Shown here piece by piece: positions 12,835-25,130 of a stretch of 64,000 bases of DNA (position 1 is the first letter of the stretch; each line of letters starts with the position of its first letter). The DNA lies in NCBI GenBank assembly GCA_002269645.1, contig NIVC01002256.1:62001-126000 (forward strand). Direction: 5' to 3'. The position numbers and the translations under genes were made by a program. The notes under the pieces are model-generated. The model worked only from the letters and a program-made list of their open reading frames with translations. It ran no database searches and had not been told where the DNA came from. Source of the DNA: Macrostomum lignano. Lineage: Eukaryota.

Positions 12835-15587
12835 ATGTCCTCACTTACTGTACACGTCAAATGGCAGAAGCAGAAATTCTCCGATGTCCCCGTGGACACC
12901 AGCCAACCACCAGAGCTGTTCAAAGCCACTCTGTACAGCCTCTCTGGTGTGCCTCCGGACCGGCAGAAGGTGAGGCTTTGACTTGGTGGGTATCCGTTAG
13001 GGTGTCTTGAGTCTCCGGAATCGCGGATTGTCCCTTTTCCTAAGACGGTTGTCCACTCTGCTTTGAATTGGGGTGTCCAAAAATCCTCCGATGGGATGTG
13101 ATGTTCACTATGTTCTAAACAATCTAAAACCGAAGTGTCCACAATCTATCTAGGGTGTCCGCAATCCTAATCTAGGATGTCCACAATCCTAATCTAGGAT
13201 GTCCACAATCCATCTAGGGTGTCCGCAATCCTAATCTAGGATGTCCGCAATCCTAATCTAGGATGTCCACAATCCATCTAGGGTGTCCGCAATCCTAATC
13301 TAGGATGTCCGCAATCCTAATCTAGGATGTCCACAATCCATCTAGGGTGTCCGCAATCCTAATCTAGGATGTCCACAATCCTAATCTAGGATGTCCACAA
13401 TCTAGGGTGTCCGCAATCCTAATCTGGGATGTCCGCAATCCTAATCTAGGATGTCCACAATCTTAATCTGGGGTGTCCGCAATCCTAATCTGGGATGTCC
13501 ACAATCCTAATCTGGGGTGTCCACAATCCTAATCTGGGATGTCCACAATCCTAATCTGGGGTGTCCACAATCTTGATCTAGGGTGTCCACAATCTTAATC
13601 TGGGATGTCCACAATCCTAATCTAGGGTGTCCACAATCCTAATCTGGGGTGTCCGCAATCCTAATCTAGGGTGTCCACAATCCTAATCTGGGATGTCCGC
13701 AATCCTAATCTAGGGTGTCCGCAATCCTAATCTAGGGTGTCCACAATCCTAATCTAGGGTGTCCACAATCCTAATCTGGATGACTCAAACTCAAACTCTA
13801 CCTCTAACTCCAGGTAATGGTGAAGGGCACCGTGCTGCCAGACGACAGCTGGTCGGGCATCGCCCTGAAGCCCGGCGCCACGGTTATGCTGCTTGGGTCG
13901 GCCGAGGCTCTGCCGGAGGCTCCGGCCACGCCGCCTGTAAAATTTGTTGAAGACATGGACGAAAGCGAACTGGCCAAGGCGATAGACTTGCCGCCGGGTT
14001 TGAACAATTTGGGCAATACCTGCTATATGAATGCCACATTGCAGTGCCTGCGCAGCGTGCCAGAGCTCAGGTCCATACTGTCCAAGAATCGGCTGGCTGG
14101 CCTGGGCGGTGCGGCAGCTTCAGGCGGAGGTCCCGAGGTGCTGGTATCGGCCATGTCTAATCTGTTTGCCGCGCTGGAAAAATCTGGCAACACCGTGTCG
14201 CCGCACGTATTTTTGCACCTGATGCACGCCGCGTTTCCGCAGTTTGCTACCAAAGCTGAAGGCGGTGTGTTTCAGCAGCAGGATGCCAACGAGTGCTGGG
14301 TGGAGCTGGTGCGCTGTCTGCAGAGCCGGCTGCCCGTGAGTTATGAACTGGGGGGGGGGGGGCAAATTCATTTAGGGCTTGTGTGCACGAACATTTGCCG
14401 TTGGATGTTGTGTGAGATTCACAGCCATCAGAGCCAACCTCACATCGGGGGTCAGGGGGGACAAACTTTGATCGGGGGTCAGAGGGGGACAAACCTTGAT
14501 TGGGGGTCAGAGGGGGACAAACCTTGATCGGGGGTCAGGGGGACAAACCTTGATCGGGGGTCAGAGGGGGACAAACCTTGATCGGGGGTCAGGGGGGACA
14601 AACCTTGATCGGGGGTCAGAGGGGGGCAAACCTTGATCGGGGTCAGGGGGGACAAACCTTGGTCGGGGGTCAGGGGGGGACAAACCTTGATTGGGGGTCA
14701 GAGGGGGACAAACCTTGATCGGGGGTCAGGGGGACAAACCTTGATCGGGGGTCAGAGGGGGACAAACCTTGATTGGGGGTCAGAGGGGGACAAACCTTGA
14801 TCGGGGGTCAGAGGGGGACAAACCTTGATCGGGGTCAGGGGGGGGACAAACCTTGATCGGGGGTCAGAGGGGGACAAACCTTGATTGGGGGTCAGGGGGG
14901 ACAAACCTTGATCGGGGGTCAGAGGGGGGCAAACCTTGATCGGGGGTCAGGGGGACAAACCTTGATTGGGGTCAGAGAGGGGGTAAACCTTGATAGGGTA
15001 TCAGACGTCACAACCGGAAGTGAGGTTAATTACCCAAATTTTGGTGGCAGATTGGTATTTTAACAAAACTGTAACTTCCTAACCTGGCCAAGACAACCGA
15101 GGCCGGCGGTTCAACGGACGTCTCCTTCACTGACCGCTACCTGACCGGCTCCATGACCTGCCGGCTGACCTGCCAGGAGTGCGGCCCGAAGCCGAGCCGG
15201 AGGTCAATTTGGTTGAGACGTTCAGCCAGTTGAGCTGCTTCATCGACAAGGACGTCAAGTACTTGCACACGGGGCTGACTAACGCTATGAAGAGCTCGCT
15301 GACTAAGCGCTGCGACCGGCTTGGCAGGGACGCCGTGTACTCCAAGCAGAGCAAGATTACCCGCCTGCCGGCTTATCTGACTGTCCAGTTTGTCCGCTTC
15401 TACTATAAGGAGAAGGAGCAGGTCAACGCCAAGGTGCTCAAGGATGTGAAATTCTCCCTGACGCTTGACGTCTATCAGCTGTGCTCCGAGGAGCTGCAGG
15501 CCCGGCTGAAGCCTGTGCGGGAGCAGGTGAGGCTGACTGGCGGATAAGCGGGCAGACAGCAGACACTAAGACTCTAGATAGACACCA

Positions 15588-15665
<78 letters not shown>

Positions 15666-15810
15666 CAGACAGACAGACACCAAGACAGACACCAAGACAG
15701 ACAGACACCAAGACAGACACCAAGACAGACACCAAGACAGACACCAAGACAGACACCAAGACAGACAGACACCAAGACAGACACCAAGACAGACACCAAG
15801 ACAGACACCA

Positions 15811-15867
<57 letters not shown>

Positions 15868-15894
15868 CCAAGACAGACACCAAGACAGACACCA

Positions 15895-15927
<33 letters not shown>

Positions 15928-15942
15928 CCAAGACAGACACCA

Positions 15943-15989
<47 letters not shown>

Positions 15990-18287
15990 GACAGACAGAC
16001 ACTAAGACAGACAGACGGACAGACACTAAGACAGACAGACAGACAGACAGATAAGTGAGTGACGTTCCCCCCCCCCCAAAACCCTCGCAGCTCCGCCGCA
16101 TGGACGAATGGCTCGCCCTGCAGTCCGGAGCCGCCAAGCGACGTCCCGGCGGTCCGGCCGTGGCTCAAGGCGCGGAGCAGGCCGCCACCGCCGACACGGG
16201 CACCAACAACGCTTCGTGGCCTCCGTCGCTGCCGCCGCTGGACCCGGGAGCGCCGCCGCCGCCGGCCTACTACTTCGAGGACGATCCGGGCTCGAACGCT
16301 AGCGGACAGTACATGCTGCAGGCGGTGCTCACGCATCAGGTGCGCTTCGTTGGCTTTTCATGTATAATCAGCTGGCTTTGCTTAGCTTAGGACTAGCCTA
16401 ATTCCATTTATTAGCCAACCCATACCCACTCCGTAGCCAACCTAATCCTCCATCTTAGGGTAGACAACCTAATCCTTTATCTTAGGGTAGACAATCTAAA
16501 TCCTCCATCTTAGGGTAGACAATCTAAACCCTCCATCTTAGGGTAGACAATCTAAATCCTGCATCTTAGGGTAGACAATCTAAATCCTCCATCTTAGGGT
16601 AGACAATCTAAATCCTCCATCTTAGGGTAGACAATCTAAATCCTCCATCTTAGGGTAGACAATCTAAATCCTCCATCTTAGGGTAGACAATCTAAATCCT
16701 CCATCTTAGGGTAGACAATCTAAATCCTCCTTCTTAGGGTAGACAATCTAAATCCTCCATTTTAGGGTAGAAAATCTAAATCCTGCATCTTAGGGTAGAC
16801 AATCTAAATCCTCCATCTTAGGGTAGACAATCTAAATCCTCCATCTTAGGGTAGACAATCTAAATCCTCCATTTTAGGGTAGACAATCTAAATCCTCCAT
16901 CTTAGGGTAGACAATCTAAATCCTCCATCTTAGGGTAGACAATCTAAATCCTCCATTTTAGGGTAGACAATCTAAATCCTCCATCTTAGGGTAGACAATC
17001 TAAATCCTCCATCTTAGGGTAGACAATCTAAATCCTCCATCTTAGGGTAGACAATCTAAATCCTCCATCTTAGGGTAGACAATCTAAATCCTCCATCTTA
17101 GGGTAGACAATCTAAATCCTCCATCTTAGGGTAGACAATCTAAATCCTCCTTCTTAGGGTAGACAATCTAAATCCTCCGTCTTAGGGTAGACAATCTAAA
17201 TCCTCCATCTTAGGGTAGACAATCTAAATCCTCCTTCTTAGGGTAGACAATCTAAATCCTCCATTTTAGGGTAGAAAATCTAAATCCTGCATCTTAGGGT
17301 AGACAATCTAAATCCTCCATCTTAGGGTAGACAATCTAAATCCTCCATCTTAGGGTAGACAATCTAAATCCTCCATTTTAGGGTAGACAATCTAAATCCT
17401 CCATCTTAGGGTAGACAATCTAAATCCTCCATCTTAGGGTAGACAATCTAAATCCTCCATTTTAGGGTAGACAATCTAAATCCTGCATCTTAGGGTAGAC
17501 AATCTAAATCCTCCATCTTAGGGTAGACAATCTAAATCCTCCATCTTAGGGTAGACAATCTAAATCCTGCATCTTAGGGTAGACAATCTAAATCCTCCAT
17601 CTTAGGGTAGACAATCTAAATCCTCCATCTTAGGGTAGACAATCTAAATCCTCCATTTTAGGGTAGACAATCTAAATCCTCCATCTTAGGGTAGACAATC
17701 TAAATCCTCCATCTTAGGGTAGACAATCTAAATCCTCCATTTTAGGGTAGACAATCTAAATCCTCCATCTTAGGGTAGACAATCTAAATCCTCCATCTTA
17801 GGGTAGACAATCTAAATCCTCCATCTTAGGGTAGACAATCTAAATCCTCCATCTTAGGGTAGACAATCTAAATCCTCCATCTTAGGGTAGACAATCTAAA
17901 CCCTCCATCTTAGGGTAGACAATCTAAATCCTCCATCTTAGGGTAGACAATCTAAATCCTCCATCTTAGGGTAGACAATCTAAATCCTCGCATTTCCAAT
18001 CCATCCCTCAGGGCCGGTCGAGCTCCTCCGGTCACTACTTGGCCTGGGTGCGCAAAGCGGACCAGCCCGCCAACGCCAATCTCGAGGAGGATGTCTGGTT
18101 CAAATTCGACGACGACTACGTCTCCCCAGTTACTGGGGCCGACATCCTGCGCCTGAGTGGCGGCGGCGACTGGCACTGCGCCTACCTGCTGTTGTACGGA
18201 CCGCGGCAGCTTGACCGGGATTATTCCAGCCTGCCGCCTCCCACCGATGCCTCTGCTAGCCAGGGTGGCGCGGCCGGCACCAATTGA
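12835..18287 (+). CDS. USP14: Ubiquitin carboxyl-terminal hydrolase 14 (Ubp6); exons 12835-12969, 13814-14335, about 15093-15526, 16091-16339, 18012-18287; one apparent 1-bp deletion near 15185
   Basis: N-terminal UBL (VHVKWQKQKF...PPDRQKVMVKG), Cys box GLNNLGNTCYMNATLQCL, QQDANECW, His box LQAVLTHQGRSSSSGHYLAWV, and WFKFDDDYVS...GGGDWHCAYLLLY. Canonical splice sites. Confidence 0.95.
13140..13780. repeat. USP14 intron 1 minisatellite, 22-bp unit
   Basis: tagggtgtccacaatcctaatc repeated. Confidence 0.9.
14440..15000. repeat. USP14 intron 2 G-rich minisatellite, 26-28-bp unit
   Basis: gggggtcagagggggacaaaccttgatc repeated. Confidence 0.9.
15550..16053. repeat. USP14 intron 3 compound (CAGA)n / caccaagacaga repeat
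   Basis: Visible in sequence. Confidence 0.9.
16440..17990. repeat. USP14 intron 4 minisatellite, 28-bp unit, about 55 copies
   Basis: tagggtagacaatctaaatcctccatct repeated head-to-tail with no spacers. Confidence 0.95.
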
Positions 18288-19344
18288 TGCGGTTTATTTT
18301 TAGCTTATTGATTAATAATTCAATTATTATTTCATAATTGTCCGATTGGTTGGCTCAGACTGTGACAGTTATAATACTGGCTCTATAATTGGGTTCTCTT
18401 ATGGTTTTTTGAAACTTTCGATACATATCGGTGGAATCGTAGTTTTCTAAACTGTTTCCATACGTATCGGTTTCATTTGGGGTTTTCTTAATTTCGATAC
18501 ATATCGGCATCATCGAAGCACTATTGAAGTTTCCCTAAATACTGCCTTAAACAAATAGTCCCCGTGAGTCTGAGGTTGCGACGTACAATTGGCAAATAAC
18601 TGCATCCTGTGGCGTGTTTCTGCTATCTGCTAAAGCTCCATTCTTCCTATTCTTCCCCATACAATGACTTCTCCTGTGTAACTGACTGTGCTTCAACCCT
18701 ATGGACAAACAACTGTTTGCTTTTTGTTATATTATTTTACTATCCAGCAAATTTGAATGTTCTGAAATATTTTCTGCTCTTTTCCTTTCTTTGCTTTTTC
18801 TATGTAGTAGCAGAATTTCTAGTTGACTTAGGTCTGCTTGTGCGGGGGGGGTGAGCTGGCGTTTTGTCTTCTATTGCTATTTTTCCACAATAATTTGATT
18901 TCCGCTCTGTTAATGCAGTTTGGCATTTCCGTTTGTTTTGCCTTTCACACAATCCGATTCGCCAGTGAAAAAGTTTAATTAATATAATTTATCAATTATT
19001 TGATATTTTGTGTATTGGCGAAGATCAAGTAGTGAAGCCCTGTGGTCCACTCAATATCCCAGTGACCATGTGTGTTCCCCAAACTGCGTGCGTCTGTCTG
19101 TATTTCCTTCTTTAGCGCTTCTATTTAGCTCTTTCTCGTTTTATTTCCCAACAAGTTGAGTTTGATATCAGTGAAAATAATAATATGCAAACATTGACGT
19201 GCTCGGGCCGCCTTTGTCTCTTATATTTATTTTGAAATCTTTATCTTTGTTTTGTTGCTTTTTATTGCAGTGTAACCGTTGACTGATTATAGTCATTTTA
19301 ATAACCTTAGTGAGCAGCATTCGCCCTCCCTTACCGCCACTCTT

Positions 19345-20385
19345 TATAACTGAATTTGACCCGCCACCCCTCTCCTCCAGTCCCCAACTGAACCGCCACC
19401 CCTCCCCCAGTCCTTATCTGAACCGCCACCCCTCCCCCAGTCCTTATCTGAACCACCACCCCTCCCCCAGTCCTTATCTGAACCGCCACCCCTTTCCAGT
19501 CCCCAACTGAACCACCACCCCTCCCCCAGTCCTTATCTGAACCGCCACCCCTCCCCCAGTCCTTATCTGAACCGCCACCCCTCCCCCAGTCCTTATCTGA
19601 ACCGCCACCCCTCCCCCAGTCCTTATCTGAACCGCCACTCCTCTCCCAGTCCTTATCTGAACCGCCACCCCTTTCCAGTCCCCAACTGAACCACCACCCC
19701 TCCCCCAGTCCTTATCTGAACCGCCACCCCTCCCCCAGTCCTTATCTGAACCGCCACCCCTCCCCCAGTCCTTATCTGAACCGCCACCCCTCCCCCAGTC
19801 CTTATCTGAACCGCCACCCCTCCCCCAGTCCTTATCTGAACCGCCACCCCTCCCCCAGTCCTTATCTGAACCACCACCCCTCCTCCCAGTCCTTATCTGA
19901 ACCGCCACCCCTCCCAGTCCTTATCTGAACCGCCACCCCTTTCCAGTCCCCAACTGAACCACCACCCCTCCCCCAGTCCTTATCTGAACCGCCACCCCCC
20001 CCCAGTTCTTATCTGAACCGCCACCCCTCCCCCAGTCCTTATCTGAACCGCCACCCCTCCCAGTCCTTATCTGAACCGCCACCCCTCTCCAGTCCCCAAC
20101 TGAACCGCCACCCCTCCCCCAGTCCTTATCTGAACCGCCACCCCTCCCCCAGTCCTTATCTGAACCGCCACCCCTTTCCAGTCCCCAACTGAACCGCCAC
20201 CCCTCCCCCAGTCCTTTCCTGAACCGCCACCCCTCCCCCAGTCCTTATCTGAACCGCCACCCCTTCCCCAGTCCTTATCTGAACCGCCACCCCTTCCCCA
20301 GTCCTTATCTGAACCGCCACCCCTCCCCCAGTCCTTATCTGAACCGCCACCCCTCCCTCAGTCCTTATCTGAACCGCCACTCCAA
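19345..20385. repeat. C-rich minisatellite, about 30-bp unit
   Basis: ctgaaccgccacccctcccccagtccttat repeated. Confidence 0.9.
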
Positions 20386-20432
20386 ATGAGCCGTTCATGC
20401 GCTGTCAACCGCATGCATGCTCTCAGCCAGCC

Positions 20433-20738
20433 ATGGCGCAAAAGCCGGAGCCGTTCTACAACTTCAGCCGCCAGCCGCAGCCCTATTACGATATTAAGCT
20501 GCCTCAGCCGAAGGCGGTCTCACCTTTGATCCGAGCCGCCCGCTGGGGCTTTTTATTGACCGGCATAATTTACGGCTACACCAGGTTCAATTATCTGGTG
20601 CGCAAGGAGGAGCGCGAGTGGCCGCAGACCCGGGCCATTCTGGAGCGGCGTAAGCACGAGTACGAGGCCAGTCAGAAGATGCGCGGCGAAGTTGAGATGC
20701 TCGAACTGGCTAAGGAGGCCGGCGTGAAGCCCAAGTGA
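20433..20738 (+). CDS. ATP5ME: Mitochondrial ATP synthase subunit e, 101 aa
   Basis: VSPLIRAARWGFLLTGIIYGYTRFNYL matches the subunit e signature (VSPLI...R...L..G..YG), followed by a charged helical tail. Acceptor ctctcag lies 6 nt before the ATG. Confidence 0.85.
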   Translation: MAQKPEPFYNFSRQPQPYYDIKLPQPKAVSPLIRAARWGFLLTGIIYGYTRFNYLVRKEEREWPQTRAILERRKHEYEASQKMRGEVEMLELAKEAGVKPK

Positions 20739-21224
20739 ACTCTGTTCTTGTTTTAATACTTTTTTGGCCTCTGACATCTAAAATAACCCAAAAACCGTTA
20801 TAATAACTTTATTATTAGCTCTAGTGTCTATAGCAAATAATCTAATATATCCGATAAAAAATTGTGTGCTACTACTGCTATGCTAGCAGTAGTGTAGTTT
20901 GGTTAATTACCATTTTTAATAGGATCCCATCTTAGTTATATCAATCTATATTTTATATTTTCCATTCGTAGTTTTGTCAAACTTTTGTTAAATTGAAAGT
21001 GGCATCTGTGTACTTTATGTACGTCAACACCTGCTGAAGGATTCTAAGCTATTTCTATTAGGGAAATTGTTAAGATGATAAAATATTATTTGACTAAATA
21101 TAGCGTTGCCCCAGATATCCAACTGTCTGTTTGACTTTAATTTTTTTATTGATATTATTTTACTTTTTATCACCTTAAGTGCTTCATTCAGCGAGGTTCC
21201 TGTAAGGGGGGTCAATTTCCCCTT

Positions 21225-21640
21225 GATATCTTCATATATCTGGGTTTCTGTAGGGGGGTCAATGTCCCCTTGATTCCAGTATTTAGCCAGGTTTCTGTAG
21301 GGGGTCAAAGTCCCCTTGATTTCAGTATTTAGCCAGGTTTCTGTAGGGGGTCAAAGTCCCCTTGATTTCAGTATTTAGCCAGGTTCTTGTAGGGGGTCAA
21401 TGTCCCCTTGATTCCAGTATTTAGCCAGGTTCTTGTAGGGGGTCAATGTCCCCTTGATTCCAGTATTTAGCCAGGTTCTTGTAGGGGGTCAATGTCCCCT
21501 TGATTTCAGTATTTAGCCAGGTTCTTGTAGGGGGTCAATGTCCCCTTGATTCCAGTATTTAGCCAGGTTCTTGTAGGGGGTCAATGTCCCCTTGATTCCA
21601 GTATTTAGCCAGGTTCTTGTAGGGGGTCAATGTCCCTCAT
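21225..21640. repeat. Minisatellite, 46-bp unit
   Basis: gtagggggtcaatgtccccttgattccagtatttagccaggttctt repeated. Confidence 0.9.
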
Positions 21641-21645
21641 TCTAG

Positions 21646-22431
21646 TACTCAGCCAACAGTCTGCCACCCCTCCCGCAGTCTAATGGTAAGCAGAATTCGC
21701 AGCAGCTCAGTCGCCAACGCGTCGCCACCGCCGCTGCCGCCACCCAGACTGACGTAGGCACTGTTGATGACCTTCGGCACCTTGAAGAGCTGGCGGAGCT
21801 GCGGCTTCGCCTGTCAGTGGCCACCGATCAGCTGATCCGCCTGCGCTCCGCCTACTGCGCCTTCCCCGGCAGGGAGGACGCTCTCGATCGGTGGTCGCGC
21901 AGCGTCTTTCTCGGCATCTTCCACGACGATGACGAGGACTTGTCTTCATCGTCTGACACTGACTCTGACGGCAGTGGTGCCGAAAGCGGCGGCAGCAGTT
22001 CGGCAGACGCCGACGGCGAGCTGTTCAAGCCGAGGCGCCTTCGACGAGTTTCAGTCTCGTCGGCGTCTCGATCTCGGTCTAGGACCAACTCGTCGACTTA
22101 TTTAGCTACAAATATCAGAACAAAGACCAGTCATAGGAGTAGCAGTCTTTGCAACAGACGCCAAAACTCTTTAGCGTCGTTAATAACGAAATTAACCGCG
22201 CCGCTGGTATGGATTTTATCGGCATTGGTGCTTTGGCCCGCTGGGGTAGCTTGGCGACGTTGTCGACGATTAACAGCGGCGGCGACAGCGACAAGGATAA
22301 GGAGGCCGAACGCTCTGATTGGCTGGCGGCCCCGGCCTCTCTGCTGCCTGCTGGCCTTGCTGATTGGCTACGCCGTCTGCCTGCACCTCGTGTTGGCCCA
22401 CTGTCTACTGGGCTTCCTGGCCGATTATTAA
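21646..22431 (+). CDS. Probable terminal exon of an unidentified membrane protein (coiled coil, acidic/Ser patch, two C-terminal hydrophobic segments)
   Basis: Frame open for 786 nt from acceptor ctcattctag at 21645; GC-rich codon usage like neighbouring exons; no Met in frame. Confidence 0.5.
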   Translation, partial: YSANSLPPLPQSNGKQNSQQLSRQRVATAAAATQTDVGTVDDLRHLEELAELRLRLSVATDQLIRLRSAYCAFPGREDALDRWSRSVFLGIFHDDDEDLSSSSDTDSDGSGAESGGSSSADADGELFKPRRLRRVSVSSASRSRSRTNSSTYLATNIRTKTSHRSSSLCNRRQNSLASLITKLTAPLVWILSALVLWPAGVAWRRCRRLTAAATATRIRRPNALIGWRPRPLCCLLALLIGYAVCLHLVLAHCLLGFLADY

Positions 22432-23814
22432 CACTGTGCCATCCACCGCTATGAGTCACAAGGCATCACGTTAGTTGTAAAATCGTAAGAGTCGCGAGAA
22501 AGTCGTTTAAGACTCGTGTTAGCGCTTAGCTTTCTACACACTAACTCGAGTAGACTAAATAGAGTTTTTTAATAAATGCGAAATGCGATTCTAATTCATA
22601 AAGCGATGCAGGTGCGCTTTAGACGACTCTATCGCGCCTCAGATACGACCTGCGGCCTTAGAGTCATTATAGAAGCGTCCCAGAATCACTTACATTGCCC
22701 CAGAGTTGTAGAGTCGACTCTTTGACAACTCTTTAGCGAATTGTACCATGATATCTCGTAGTTCTAGAGTCAATTATTTCCTATTTTACCTATGTTACCT
22801 GTAAAGCACTGGGACGATTTCTGGCCTTGGTACCGTTTTCATCGGTCGCTGTCGGTGGTCAACATAATTAGCATGACCGCTTGTCTCCTCGCTAGCTGTT
22901 GCGGGTCACTTGTATACTTTTTTTACAGCTTACGAAACTCCAACTAGCCTACTGTACTTAGTAGAAATTTGAGCATTTGCAGAACCACTTACCAACGACT
23001 TGACAACTCACTCGACGCATTAATAACTTAACAGCCATTGTTTTGTTTGTGATTTGAATCTTTAGAGACTGAGTTGCAGGAGAGTCGCCCTCCCCACAGA
23101 GAGTATTTTATCCAGGGTCCATGGACTGTAGTAAATTTCTAACTTTGTCTACAGAGCTGTTGTCCTTGATTTTGCAAAATAACCTGAATAAAATATGTGA
23201 TACGATTTCGGTAATTAGCTACTTTGTTTAAGTTGTTCTCAATGGTTATGAGTAATCCCCATATCCGTCCTTCGACTAATTATCATAACAAATGTGCCTT
23301 TTGCTGCCAAATGATTACATTTAAATTTATTCTCATCTTCCACTGACGTACTCGTAATGTGCACGTAGACGGTGAGATTTTGTTAAAAATTGTGTCACAC
23401 ACACTGGACTAGTTGCAGTAGTAGTTGGTGCATTTTTTCTTAACATGCTTAGAATAATGTTTTTATTGTGATTGCTATATTTTATTTGAATTTCGTTACT
23501 AAGGGGTGAATTGTTGATGTGCATACTCCTAAAATATAGTCAAATCCACGTATTATTTTTAAATCGAAATACTACATAATACAATATAGTCTGTGATTTA
23601 TTGATTATTGTATAGAACTTTCTTTAAAAATAGATTATTACATACATTAGGTGCATCAACTAAGATAATGAGGAAAATCTAAATAATTCGCTTATCTGGG
23701 TTGTTTATATGCTTCTAAACTTTTGTTATCACAAAGATTAACGCATTGGCGGGAGTGTAAAACACAGTATTTCTCTTTATTAAATTTACACGGAATAATG
23801 AAATCAATTCACGG

Positions 23815-23922
23815 GAAAACTTCTGATCGAACAGTGCAAGTCTCCTGAAAATCGGTTCAGCCGTTTTTGCTAAAATTGATCACACACACATACCTACCGA
23901 CAGACCATTTTTAGTATATATA
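23815..23922 (+). mobile_element. Possible 3' end of a non-autonomous Helitron/Helentron-like element
   Basis: Short hairpin aaaatcggttcagccgtttt, then a CA microsatellite and ttttagtatatata; this arrangement is recalled from invertebrate HINE/Lep1-like ends. Confidence 0.3.
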
Positions 23923-23924
23923 TA

Positions 23925-24919
23925 CGAGGGGTGTCCAAAAAGTAGTGATACTTTTAACCGTAGCTCTCGTTCTGTAGCTTCCTGTGATTTAAAATTTTAT
24001 GAACTGATAGCGGAAAATCTCTTCTACAGACTGCTTTTTGAATTTTTAAAATTGATACTAGAGAACAAAAGTTATACCCACGAAAGTAACAGTACCTGTA
24101 CCATAGAGTTACACAAATTATATCGAAATTTATAATAGTTGACTTCTGCACTCATTCATTAAGAAGGCATCGATAAATGTCTTGTTTAAGCAATACCAAA
24201 CCCCAATTGCAAAATGATGCTCACTGTGACTGACTGAAATTTATCTATGGACGGGATCAGGCGCAGAAAAAATAAAGCATTAAATGCATTACTTTACTTG
24301 CAAACAGAGGATCGCTTGCATTTTGCGATTCGTTCATGATTTCATTGCCCATACTCGACAACACACATGAATGTGCACTCAGTTGTTGCTCAGCAAAGTA
24401 CTATCTTCACTCTTTGGGGCGCTGGCCATGGTGCCTCAGAAATTCACGCAAAACTTTGCTCTGCGCACGGATCCTCTGCGGTCAGCAAAATGACAGTTTA
24501 TCGATGGATGGAGCAGTTCAGCGAGGGAAGAATTGACTTGGCAGATCAGCATTGGACGGGGCGGCCATACGTTCATCGACCTGATGTACTGGCGGACTCC
24601 ATTCTGAATCTTCTTGACGAGGACTCCCGAATGACCATTAGAGAGATCGCTGACAGGTTGGACAAGCCGAAATCAACAATTCATCGAAGCTTACTCGGCA
24701 TGGATCTCGTGAAGCTCAGCCTATAATTTGTGTAACTCTATGGTACAGGTACTGTTACTTTTGTGGGTATAACTTTTGTTCTCTGGTATCAATTTTAAAA
24801 ATTCAAAAAGCAGTCTGTAGAAGAGATTTTCCGCTATCAGTTCATAAAATTTTAAATCACAGGAAGCTACAGAACGAGAGCTACGGTTAAAAGTATCACT
24901 ACTTTTTGGACACCCCTCG
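23925..24919 (+). mobile_element. Non-autonomous mariner derivative with 198-bp terminal inverted repeats, flanked by TA
   Basis: TA|CGAGGGGTGTCCAAAAAG... at 23925-24122 is the reverse complement of 24722-24919 (2 mismatches). Confidence 0.92.
24367..24726 (+). CDS. Truncated mariner transposase (both HTH DNA-binding subdomains, no DDD catalytic domain), 119 aa
   Basis: GASEIHAKLCSAHGSSAVSKMTVYRWMEQFSEG...TGRP...DSRMTIREIADRLDKPKSTIHRSL; ends before the WVPHEL linker, with the stop supplied by the right inverted repeat. Confidence 0.8.
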   Translation: MNVHSVVAQQSTIFTLWGAGHGASEIHAKLCSAHGSSAVSKMTVYRWMEQFSEGRIDLADQHWTGRPYVHRPDVLADSILNLLDEDSRMTIREIADRLDKPKSTIHRSLLGMDLVKLSL

Positions 24920-25130
24920 TATATATTCCTAATCCAGGATGTGGGCTTGCTTATTTAGATTCCCTATTCAGGACAAGGGCGTTTAAATTCCATAATTCTG
25001 GTTTAGGACTTAAGAGCCAGCTCCTGTAGCTATTGAGACTAAGAGTACATAAGTTGCTTCTAGGGGTCTGATTACAAGTTTACATGCCAAACTGTTTAGT
25101 TCTCAAATTGACAAAGTGAGCCAGTTATAT

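Noticed and set aside
16440-17990. Regular 28-bp repeats resembling a CRISPR array
   Set aside because: Head-to-tail units with no unique spacers, inside a spliceosomal intron, and no cas genes.
22300-22431. KASH domain at the end of the orphan exon
   Set aside because: No luminal tail ending in PPPX after the hydrophobic segment.
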